Position numbers and translations under genes: made by a program. Below the pieces are notes generated by a model, which was given only the letters and a program-made list of their open reading frames with translations, ran no database searches and was not told the DNA's origin. From a bacterium (GTDB taxonomy: Bacteria > Bacillota_I > Bacilli_A > RFN20 > CAG-826), in assembly GCA_963623195.1 (NCBI GenBank), contig CAVFKA010000002.1, positions 15,997 to 79,996 of the forward strand: a DNA stretch of 64,000 bases, given 5' to 3'. Below are positions 7,843 to 16,384 of the stretch, piece after piece (the first letter of the stretch is position 1; each line of letters starts with the position of its first letter).

Positions 7843-9690
7843 TTAGTTCAATGTGATTGTGAGTTTTGCTACTGCGCCGTATGTGGAATCTTCGTCGATT
7901 TCAGTAACTCTAAGATTGAAGTTACATGCAATATCTTCGTCGATTTCATAATACATATCGTTTCCGCTCCAGCCTAAGGTTGTCTTGGCTTTGTTCCAAA
8001 GGTTGCTACCAGAAGGCATGAAGTTCTTTGCCCAAGCTGATGCGGCTCCCTTAGAATTCACTAAGTTGAAACGTTGTCCTTCTTTGAAAAGGGTTGTATC
8101 GCTAGAGGCATTGAAGTGGGAGGAGTTGGTCCAGTTTGTGGCGCCAATTGTTGATTCCATCAAAGAGATTTCGGTGAAATATGCGTTGATGGTTGAGTTA
8201 TTTGCACCATTCAATTTTCCAATTCCACCAATTTTTGCATCTGGATGGTTCTTTTTGATATTTGTTGGAACGCTTCCGCTTTTTTCTGCTGGCCAGAAGT
8301 CGGAGTCATATTTAACGCCCATACGTCCACCATATGTGTTGCATGTGCGGTTATCTCCGCCATCGACACCTAAGCTATTTGGATCAGAGACAGTCTCATC
8401 ATGGCTATTTTGCCACATTCTTGCGTCAACGTGGGTAATTCTGATACCTGCTTCTTTATAGCCTGTGGTGTTGGAATAACCTGAATTATAGTCACGAGTT
8501 GCAAGACCATATGGGCCCATTAATTCGACCATTAAGTATTCGTCGTATGCCGTTCCATTGTAGTTTGGAGAAGCTAAGACTAGAGCATCTCCTGAAGTGG
8601 TTCCTGCACGAAGAGTGATCTCGGCTGTTTTTCCGCCTTCTAAATCTTCTTCCCTTAAGACATATGGATTGATCCAGCCATAGCAGAATTTTGTATAAGC
8701 TGAATGATCGCCAAGGTTTTGATCCATGTAATCAACTGAACCAATTGGTTTCCATGTGTTTGTATAGTCATAGAAGTCGTTGATACCTAATGTATGGCCT
8801 GTTTCGTGGATGAAGGTATGTGGATCATATCCATTGTAGCTATCCATGAATTGGGTGGAAGCCCAAGCAAGGGTCATGATTGTAGGATCGGTGTAGTTTG
8901 GTTGATTGCTTGTATATGTGACATAAGCCCACCAGAAGGAGGTGTCGCTGTTATTGTAATTATAAGCATAGACTTGCCAGATCAAATCAAGATAACCATC
9001 ATAGTCTGTATCGAAGTCTTTCCAAGAATATTGCCAATCGGCACCTAATTTGCCGTGATCTGTCTTGTTATATTCTGCAATATACCAATCGCGGACATAT
9101 GAGGACATAGAAACGCCTGCTCCGCCATTGGCTCTGCTTTGGAATTGGGCTGCAGTGCCATTATATTCAATCCATGTTGGTAAAACGACGACATCGAATG
9201 CACCTTTTCCAAAAGATGATTGTTCGTAGAATGATTGAACTGAAGTAATTGCAGAACCGGATAATTGTTTTAATTCTTCATCGCTAGCGGTGAATGTCTT
9301 ATTGATTTTCGTCAATAAAGCGTCTGTTGGATCAATCCAGTTTTTATCGCTTGAATCAGCTTGGAAAGAGATAGGTGCAACAAGTAATTTTTGCTTAACG
9401 CCATTATCTGGATGGGAATTGACATGTGGGGCACCTGATGCTTTATAGATGCCAGAACGTGTAAGGTTAAGTTGATTTCCCTTTGTATCGGTATATGTTG
9501 TTTGTCCCTTTGCCAAATTGCTTTCTGTGATTACGTTTTCGTTTTGGCTTGAGCTAGAATTTCCGCCTGCTTGAGAACTTGAAGTTGTATCTCCGCCTGC
9601 TTCAGAAGAAGTAACTGGCTTATCTTCCCCACAGGAAGCTAAAGAGATAATCATCAAGAATGAGAGTGTTAACAACGAATGTTTTTTCAT
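7843..9690 (-). CDS. Secreted lipoprotein zinc metalloprotease (HEXXH; M6 InhA-like or M7-like motif)
   Basis: Lipobox LASC follows MKKHSLLTLSFLMIIS. The zinc motif is FIHETGHTLGINDFYDY (HExxHxxGxxD). It is the last gene of the minus-strand lipoprotein-opp cluster. Confidence 0.7.
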   Translation of the reverse strand: MKKHSLLTLSFLMIISLASCGEDKPVTSSEAGGDTTSSSQAGGNSSSSQNENVITESNLAKGQTTYTDTKGNQLNLTRSGIYKASGAPHVNSHPDNGVKQKLLVAPISFQADSSDKNWIDPTDALLTKINKTFTASDEELKQLSGSAITSVQSFYEQSSFGKGAFDVVVLPTWIEYNGTAAQFQSRANGGAGVSMSSYVRDWYIAEYNKTDHGKLGADWQYSWKDFDTDYDGYLDLIWQVYAYNYNNSDTSFWWAYVTYTSNQPNYTDPTIMTLAWASTQFMDSYNGYDPHTFIHETGHTLGINDFYDYTNTWKPIGSVDYMDQNLGDHSAYTKFCYGWINPYVLREEDLEGGKTAEITLRAGTTSGDALVLASPNYNGTAYDEYLMVELMGPYGLATRDYNSGYSNTTGYKEAGIRITHVDARMWQNSHDETVSDPNSLGVDGGDNRTCNTYGGRMGVKYDSDFWPAEKSGSVPTNIKKNHPDAKIGGIGKLNGANNSTINAYFTEISLMESTIGATNWTNSSHFNASSDTTLFKEGQRFNLVNSKGAASAWAKNFMPSGSNLWNKAKTTLGWSGNDMYYEIDEDIACNFNLRVTEIDEDSTYGAVAKLTITLN

Positions 9691-9701
9691 AACTGTCTCC
9701 T

Positions 9702-10193
9702 TTAAATGTTGATATAGATTATTAGCAGGATGATACCTACTAAGAAGAAGATTCCACTAGACATGAGAAGAACGCTTATCGGTTTCTTTCTCTTAGTGTC
9801 TTTCATGACTTTGTAGTCATAATAGGTCTTAGGGAAACTTGTTTGACGATATTTAGGTCTAAACGTTACCAAGAATAAGGTTTGAATCGAGTAGGCTAAG
9901 ATATCGAACGCCCCTTTAGAAGATATATATGATAGGGCGAAGAAACATAATCCTAAGAGGCCACTCAACGAGAATGAGTCAGAGAGGATATGCATGATGA
10001 GGTTTTTATCTTGACCGGTGCCTTCAGGACCGTTTGTTAAGGTGAAATACTCAACAAGGCCAATAATGACACCAGTAAGAATCAGAACGATTAGAGAAGA
10101 TATGAGGTTCCTTATTGTGCGAGGATTCCAGAATTTCTCTTCTTTCCCTTCCTCCTGACCCTTTGAGGGATCAGCGTAAGGGATTTTGCTCAT
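9702..10193 (-). CDS. Small integral membrane protein (DUF3899-like)
   Basis: Three to four hydrophobic helices. It has a 4-nt overlap with the oppF stop/start (10190-10193). Confidence 0.55.
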   Translation of the reverse strand: MSKIPYADPSKGQEEGKEEKFWNPRTIRNLISSLIVLILTGVIIGLVEYFTLTNGPEGTGQDKNLIMHILSDSFSLSGLLGLCFFALSYISSKGAFDILAYSIQTLFLVTFRPKYRQTSFPKTYYDYKVMKDTKRKKPISVLLMSSGIFFLVGIILLIIYINI

Positions 10194-11641
10194 TTAGAAA
10201 GCTCCTTTTTGTATCTTTCTTCCTCTTCGTCGTTGCATCTGACGAAGTGGCCTGGAGCTAATTCACGCCATGTTGGGCGTTGCTTGGAATAGTCATGGTC
10301 TTTTGTTGGATCATAGGCGATTCTTTGACGGTTCTTCTCGACGATTGGGTCAGGGAATGGAACAGCGGAGAGCAAGCTCTTTGTGTATGGGTGAAGTGGA
10401 TGAGCGAATAATTCATCGGCTGAGGCAAGCTCAACGAGGTTGCCATAGAACATAACCGCGATTCTGTCACAGAAATATTTAACGACAGATAAGTTATGGG
10501 CGATGAAGATGATGGTCAAGCCTAAGGAGTTACGAAGATCATTTAAGAGGTTGATAACTTGGGCTTGGACAGAAACGTCAAGGGCGGAGACTGGTTCGTC
10601 AGCGACGATGAGTTCTGGGTTCATGATGATTGCACGGGCAATGCCAATACGTTGTCTTTGTCCACCAGAGAATTCATGTGGGTAACGGTTAGCATGTTCA
10701 GGAACAAGGCCGACGAGCTTAAGGACGCGTGCGACTTCGTTGTTGATGAATTCCTTATCGTGGACTCCATTGATGACTAAACCTTCAGCAATGATGTTTC
10801 TAACAGTCATACGTGGGTTAAGTGATGCAATAGGATCCTGGAAGATCATTTGAACCTTGTTAGATAAGGTCGTGTGTTTTGCTTTATCAAGAGCCTTCTC
10901 ATATTCTCCTTTTTGAGTTTCTTCTTCAGGAGAAAGAGGAGTTCCAGCATTGATTTTTTCGATCAAATCTTTGTATTGTTCATTAACGAGTTCGACTTCA
11001 TGGGCTGCAATATTCTTATTGTAGTTTTTGTCATCGTACTTGGCTTGTTTGATTTTGGCCATTTGCTCGTCATGAACTTCCTTTTGATGAAGCTTGATTG
11101 CTGCAATTTCTTCATCAAATGGCTTCATGGCTGCTTCATATTTATCGAAGTAGGCACGTTTGGCTTGGTCTTCGTCGTTTTTGAGCGATTTGACTTTGAA
11201 TTGGATGCCGAATGTTTCTTCGAATTCAGCGCGAATGTTATCTTCCGCTTCCTTCTTTTTTGCTTCGATCTCTTTTATTTGATCTGCGGCACGGACATTT
11301 GTCCATTTGATTTCTTTTTCGTTCCAACGTGTGCCAGCTGAGACTCTAACACCATCAAGCCAGATGTCTCCGCTTGTAAGAGGGTAGAGTTTCATGATGT
11401 CACGACCTGTTGTGGTTTTGCCACATCCAGATTCTCCAACAAGTCCGAAGACTTCGCCTTTATAGACGTTGAAGGAGACGTCATGAACAGCTTTTAGGTA
11501 TTTAACATCTCCGCTTTTGAAACGGAAATATTGTTTGACGTGAGAAAGTTCAAGAACCTTTGAGGCGTTTTCGTAATCGAAATCTTTCTTGAATTCTTCT
11601 TTCTTTACATCAGGTGTGGTTACTTTCTTTGCTTTTGCCAT
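10190..11641 (-). CDS. oppF: Oligopeptide ABC transporter ATP-binding protein OppF with a large internal insertion
   Basis: Walker A GESGCGKTT, signature FSGGQRQR, and the C-terminal Opp-type extension are present. An approximately 170 aa K/E-rich insertion sits between Walker A and the Q-loop. Confidence 0.85.
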   Translation of the reverse strand: MAKAKKVTTPDVKKEEFKKDFDYENASKVLELSHVKQYFRFKSGDVKYLKAVHDVSFNVYKGEVFGLVGESGCGKTTTGRDIMKLYPLTSGDIWLDGVRVSAGTRWNEKEIKWTNVRAADQIKEIEAKKKEAEDNIRAEFEETFGIQFKVKSLKNDEDQAKRAYFDKYEAAMKPFDEEIAAIKLHQKEVHDEQMAKIKQAKYDDKNYNKNIAAHEVELVNEQYKDLIEKINAGTPLSPEEETQKGEYEKALDKAKHTTLSNKVQMIFQDPIASLNPRMTVRNIIAEGLVINGVHDKEFINNEVARVLKLVGLVPEHANRYPHEFSGGQRQRIGIARAIIMNPELIVADEPVSALDVSVQAQVINLLNDLRNSLGLTIIFIAHNLSVVKYFCDRIAVMFYGNLVELASADELFAHPLHPYTKSLLSAVPFPDPIVEKNRQRIAYDPTKDHDYSKQRPTWRELAPGHFVRCNDEEEERYKKELSK

Positions 11642-11642
11642 A

Positions 11643-13409
11643 TTATTTCTCCTCCTTGATGTAATTTAAGATTGAGTTTTTCATGTTATCCGCCTTAGGG
11701 GTGTATTCAGGGTGCTCTTCAAGGGCATTTTGGATACGGGAGATAACAAGTTCAGGTGCTTTGATATCTTCAGCTTCTGGATGTAAGTTCCATGTTGCAG
11801 CCATATGAGTTGGAGAAACTTTGAAGAATGGTGCTTGATAGAGGTTATCAATTTCCAAGGCATCTTTGTTTCTTGCTGCAAAGGCATCGCCTTTAGGTGG
11901 AAGTAACATGTTTGGTGGGGTTCCAGGGATAGCATTAAGCTTCTCTTTTGTATTTAAGTCTGGAACTGAACCAAGTAAGGCCCATGTATATGGGTGTCTT
12001 GGGTCATAGAATATATCGGTAGCAGTACCCATTTCAACGATCTTACCAGCATACATGACAGCGATATCATCAGCCATATTGGCGACAACACCTAAGTCGT
12101 GGGTGATAAAGACGATGGAGAGGTTCTTTTCAACCTTCATCTTGTTGATAAGCTCAAGAATTTGAGATTGGATTGTAACGTCAAGAGCGGTTGTAGGCTC
12201 ATCACAGATAAGAACTTCTGGGGAAGAGCATAAGGCAATAGCAATGACGATACGTTGTCTCATACCACCTGATAATTCGAATGGATATTGATGGAAACGT
12301 TTTTCTGGCTCATTAATGCCGACATCTGCAAGCATCTTGATGGCGCGTTTGGTAACTTCCTTCTTTGTGAGAGTGGAGTTAGCAACATCAATTGCCTTAT
12401 CGTATGCTTCGATAACTGATTCACCGATTGTTCTAATTTGATCGGCATCTCTTGCAAGAAGAGTCTCTAAATGTTCGAGCAGTTCATCAAAAGCTGCTTT
12501 GAAATGCTCTTTGTGTTCCTCTTGAGAAACTATTGTCTCACGAGATTTTGCACGAACTTCAGCAGGAAGATCAAAGAAATCTGAAACGTTATATTTTTCA
12601 AAGTTCTTTGTTCTGATTTCCTCATGTTTTAATGAGTCTTTTGCTGCAGTGACGTAGTTCTTGGTTTGAATTGCAAAGACGGAGATAACGTTATCTGGGT
12701 TTTTTGCAATGGAAAGCTCGCACTTGTTGATTTCTCCAAAGAGTGGGCTAAGGACTTTCAAGGCTTTGCTTGGCTCATATCCTTCATCATTAGAGAATAA
12801 TTCTGAATATGCCTCTTGGAGCTTTGGCATCAATTCGCTGATGGCTGCTTTTTGCTCATCAACTGAAATAGCTGCGGCATGTAAGAAGAGATCTTCATGT
12901 TCTTTGATGTCGAATGTGCCAATCTTTTGTTCTTCTATGACCATCTTGAATTCATCTTCGTCTGCTTTTTTAAGAAGAGAATCGATCTTAGTTAGATAAT
13001 GGTTGGCCTCTTTTTTATCGGCTTTGTGCTTTAGAATCATGGCTTCGGTTAATTGTTTACCGACAATCATGATTGGATTTAAGGATGAAAGAGGATCCTG
13101 GAAGATCATGGAGATTTTAACGCCACGGATCTTGGAGAATTGATCTTCAGAGATTTGTAATAAGTCTTTGCCATCGAATAAGATTTGGCCATCTTCAACG
13201 ATCTTGTTACCGGCTAAGATACCAAGGATTGCTTTAGATGTGACGGATTTGCCTGAACCAGATTCACCGACGATAGCAAGCGTTCTTCCTTTGTAAAGAG
13301 GGAAAGAGATGCCTCTAACGGCTTTGACTGTTCCACCATCAGTTCTGAAGGAGATACGTAAATTCTTTACGTCTAAGATTTTTTCTAATTGTGTATTTTC
13401 TTTAGCCAT
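11643..13409 (-). CDS. oppD: Oligopeptide ABC transporter ATP-binding protein OppD with a large internal insertion
   Basis: Walker A GESGSGKS, signature LSGGMRQR and Walker B LICDEPTTALD are present. It is 588 aa with an approximately 200 aa helical insertion. Confidence 0.85.
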   Translation of the reverse strand: MAKENTQLEKILDVKNLRISFRTDGGTVKAVRGISFPLYKGRTLAIVGESGSGKSVTSKAILGILAGNKIVEDGQILFDGKDLLQISEDQFSKIRGVKISMIFQDPLSSLNPIMIVGKQLTEAMILKHKADKKEANHYLTKIDSLLKKADEDEFKMVIEEQKIGTFDIKEHEDLFLHAAAISVDEQKAAISELMPKLQEAYSELFSNDEGYEPSKALKVLSPLFGEINKCELSIAKNPDNVISVFAIQTKNYVTAAKDSLKHEEIRTKNFEKYNVSDFFDLPAEVRAKSRETIVSQEEHKEHFKAAFDELLEHLETLLARDADQIRTIGESVIEAYDKAIDVANSTLTKKEVTKRAIKMLADVGINEPEKRFHQYPFELSGGMRQRIVIAIALCSSPEVLICDEPTTALDVTIQSQILELINKMKVEKNLSIVFITHDLGVVANMADDIAVMYAGKIVEMGTATDIFYDPRHPYTWALLGSVPDLNTKEKLNAIPGTPPNMLLPPKGDAFAARNKDALEIDNLYQAPFFKVSPTHMAATWNLHPEAEDIKAPELVISRIQNALEEHPEYTPKADNMKNSILNYIKEEK

Positions 13410-13414
13410 AATTA

Positions 13415-15154
13415 TTACTCGCTTCCTTTCAATGATGTGTTAAATGCGTCACGGAGACCGTTTCCGAATAAGTTGAAGCAGATCATCAATAAAGAGATGA
13501 TGATGCATGGGAATAGTAGTAAGTGTGGGTGTGAGCTTAAACCAGCTGTTTGGCCTTCTTCAAGGAGTGAACCGATTGAAGAGATGCCACTTGTGGTGAA
13601 GTTGATAATTCCTAAGTAGCTTAATGAAGATTCAGAGAAGATGACTGAAGGAATCATTAAGACTGAGGAAGTAACTAATGTACCGATAGCGTTAGGAAGA
13701 ATGTGTTTGAAGATAAGTCTTCTATCTTTTGCACCAAGCGTTCTTGATGCTAAGACATATTCTTGCCCTTTGAAACGATAGAACTGCATACGGGTAGTGC
13801 CAGCAACTCCAACCCAGCCTGAATAGACGAAGGCGACTAAGAAGGCAAGTACCATGACGCCTGCTTCGCCTATTGCCGCTTTAAGAGCGACGTTATTGGC
13901 AAATTGGATTGAACATATAGTGAGGATAATGACTGATGGAATGGCAGAGATGATATCAGTGACACGTTCCATGACAAGGTCGACCTTTCCTCCATAATAT
14001 CCGGAGATAGAACCCCAAATAACACCGATGAGGATGTTGATTAAGGAAATACCAACACCTAAGAGGAGAGAGAAACGAGCGCCGACTGCTAATCTAAGGA
14101 ATAAGTCTTGTCCAGAGCCGTTTGCACCAAAGAAGTAATATGGTTCAAAGCCATTGTGATAGACGAAATAGTCGAAGTAGTCAACACGGATTTGGGCCAT
14201 GCCATTAGAGATATTGGCATAGACATATTCACCATTTTCATCGACTTTGTAGATTGGATCAGGATCGCCTTCAGAGTTCTTGATTGTGGTGAAGGAGTTT
14301 TGCGTATAGCCTTTGCTTGTTTTTGCACTGAGCTTGTAATAAATATTGGCATTTTGGTTGTAATAGTTATTCATTGCGTCAGTGACGTTGGTGATTTGGT
14401 TTTTGATGGAGACGTCAGCTGTGGTGTTGCCAAGTTCATCAAAATTACGTCCATTGGCTAAATCTTTAGCCATGATGTCTTTATATTCGTTGATATAGGT
14501 TGCAACATCCAAAAGAGGTTTCATGATGGATTTCTTTTCACCATTTTCGGATTCAAGACGTTTATAGATGCCTTGTTCTTTTTCGTAGGAGACAAGAGCG
14601 TTATATGCGTCTTCTTTGATGGTGATGACCTTGTTACCAACGGCATAGGAGTCAACACGGACGGAATACATGGTGATTTTTGATGCACCGATTTGTTCTT
14701 CGCTAGTAGAGACGACTTTGACTAATTTAGAATGGTTAGAATCGTCATATTGAAGAACTGAAAGAGCTTGTTCGGATACACCGGTTCTAATTTCTGTTCC
14801 ATCCCAGAAACCACTTCCTTTGAACATAGGATTGTATGGAAGGGCATAAGAGAAGTTTTGATCGGAGAAACCTGTTGGGTATTCTGTGGCGTTGACATAT
14901 GCTTTAGGGGAAGCAAATGGAACGATGATCGCGTAAAGGATGATGATAGCAATGATAACGGCTGCAACGATAGAAGCCTTATTCTTAGCAAAACGCATGA
15001 AAGCGCCTTTTAAGAATGAGACTGGCTTTGTTTCGAAAGCTTGGTCATGCAAAGATTCTGCATCGACTTTCGATTTCTTGAAGAGTTCTTTTGGCAAACT
15101 CGTTAGCTCCATATTATTTTGGGGCTCATTAACTAATAATTCTTTGTTTTCCAT
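13415..15154 (-). CDS. oppC: Oligopeptide ABC transporter permease OppC with a long extracellular N-terminal extension
   Basis: C-terminal ABC TM type-1 region carries an EAA-like loop (ASRTLGAKDRRLIFKHILPN). It is 579 aa. Confidence 0.8.
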   Translation of the reverse strand: MENKELLVNEPQNNMELTSLPKELFKKSKVDAESLHDQAFETKPVSFLKGAFMRFAKNKASIVAAVIIAIIILYAIIVPFASPKAYVNATEYPTGFSDQNFSYALPYNPMFKGSGFWDGTEIRTGVSEQALSVLQYDDSNHSKLVKVVSTSEEQIGASKITMYSVRVDSYAVGNKVITIKEDAYNALVSYEKEQGIYKRLESENGEKKSIMKPLLDVATYINEYKDIMAKDLANGRNFDELGNTTADVSIKNQITNVTDAMNNYYNQNANIYYKLSAKTSKGYTQNSFTTIKNSEGDPDPIYKVDENGEYVYANISNGMAQIRVDYFDYFVYHNGFEPYYFFGANGSGQDLFLRLAVGARFSLLLGVGISLINILIGVIWGSISGYYGGKVDLVMERVTDIISAIPSVIILTICSIQFANNVALKAAIGEAGVMVLAFLVAFVYSGWVGVAGTTRMQFYRFKGQEYVLASRTLGAKDRRLIFKHILPNAIGTLVTSSVLMIPSVIFSESSLSYLGIINFTTSGISSIGSLLEEGQTAGLSSHPHLLLFPCIIISLLMICFNLFGNGLRDAFNTSLKGSE

Positions 15155-16311
15155 TATTTCTTACTCCCCATTCTGATACGTGGATCGACGATACCATAAG
15201 AGACGTCGACGACTAGTGTTCCTACTAACCCAATAAGAATGTAGAACATCGAGACGAATTGGAAGACGTCGTAGTCTCTTGTGTTGATGGAATTAAGATA
15301 AAGTCCACCGACACCGTTAACTGCGAAGATGTTCTCAATAATCATTGAACCTGAGAGAATCGAGATGATTTCTCCAAGGATCATAGGGAAGATAGGAACT
15401 AATGAATTTCTGAAAGCGTGTCTAACGGTTGCTTGTCCTCTTGTTAAACCTTTTGTTCTAGCAAGTAACATGAAATCACTTGTTAAGACTTCAGTTAACT
15501 CAGCACGTGTATAACGGGCATATCCAGCGATAGATCCGAAACACATCGAGAGAACTGGTAAGATGATTGATGAGAAATATTTCCATGTGAAGTAACCATC
15601 TTTTGCGGATTCAGCAACAGGTGGCAAAACGTGCCATACATAGCCAAATAAATATTGAAGAAGGAAGGCATAGATGAATGAAGGAACAGAGATAACCAAC
15701 ATGATCAAGATGCTTAAGACATGGTCTTCCCATTTGTTCTTCTTTAAGGCCATGAAAACACCAAGACCCAAACCTAATGGGATGGAGATGATCATGGAAT
15801 AGATGTTGATCAAGATTGTTGGAGTCAATCTTTGACCAAGAATATCGCTAGGTGATGCAAGCCATTGGATTTTGTATGAGAAGCCCCAAGGATTGCTACC
15901 TCCGCTGAAAAGGTTTTTGATGAAGTTCCAGAGCTGTTGCATGATTGGCATTGGAGAATAGGTTCCGTCTTCTTCATTAAAGACATAACGGCCTTGGGCG
16001 ACCATCTGCTTGTAGAAGATTTCAGGATCTTTCATGCCACCATCAAAGGAGACTGGTAGTAAACGTACTAAAACAAAGCAAATCAAAAAGATAACTAAGA
16101 ATGTACATACTAAAAGGATAAGACGCTTAAGAATATACATAAGCATCTCTTTGGTGGATTTGCTGGTCCAAAAACCAACAAAGCCTTTCCAAAACTTCTC
16201 CCAAAGAGAAGGTTCATCTCGATTTAAAACGGCTTCATCACCGAAATTATCGAGATTATTCTGGTTTAGTGAGCTTTCTGTTTCACTTTGTAATTTCTTT
16301 TTTCTTTTCAT
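15154..16311 (-). CDS. oppB: Oligopeptide ABC transporter permease OppB
   Basis: Polytopic permease with an EAA-like motif (LARTKGLTRGQATVRHAFRNSL). It overlaps the oppC start by 1 nt. Confidence 0.8.
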   Translation of the reverse strand: MKRKKKLQSETESSLNQNNLDNFGDEAVLNRDEPSLWEKFWKGFVGFWTSKSTKEMLMYILKRLILLVCTFLVIFLICFVLVRLLPVSFDGGMKDPEIFYKQMVAQGRYVFNEEDGTYSPMPIMQQLWNFIKNLFSGGSNPWGFSYKIQWLASPSDILGQRLTPTILINIYSMIISIPLGLGLGVFMALKKNKWEDHVLSILIMLVISVPSFIYAFLLQYLFGYVWHVLPPVAESAKDGYFTWKYFSSIILPVLSMCFGSIAGYARYTRAELTEVLTSDFMLLARTKGLTRGQATVRHAFRNSLVPIFPMILGEIISILSGSMIIENIFAVNGVGGLYLNSINTRDYDVFQFVSMFYILIGLVGTLVVDVSYGIVDPRIRMGSKK

Positions 16312-16384
16312 AATCTCTTTTACTAATTGAAGGCCGACCCAAAGAGCCGGCCTTCGTATTATACCCTAAATTGTAAAGGTTGCA

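Noticed and set aside
10874-11341. 155-aa plus-strand ORF inside oppF, and the many similar 60-160 aa antisense ORFs within oppD, oppA, dnaX, gatA and others
   Set aside because: They overlap well-supported genes on the opposite strand. Their Phe/Leu/Cys-rich composition is typical of antisense reading of AT-rich coding DNA.
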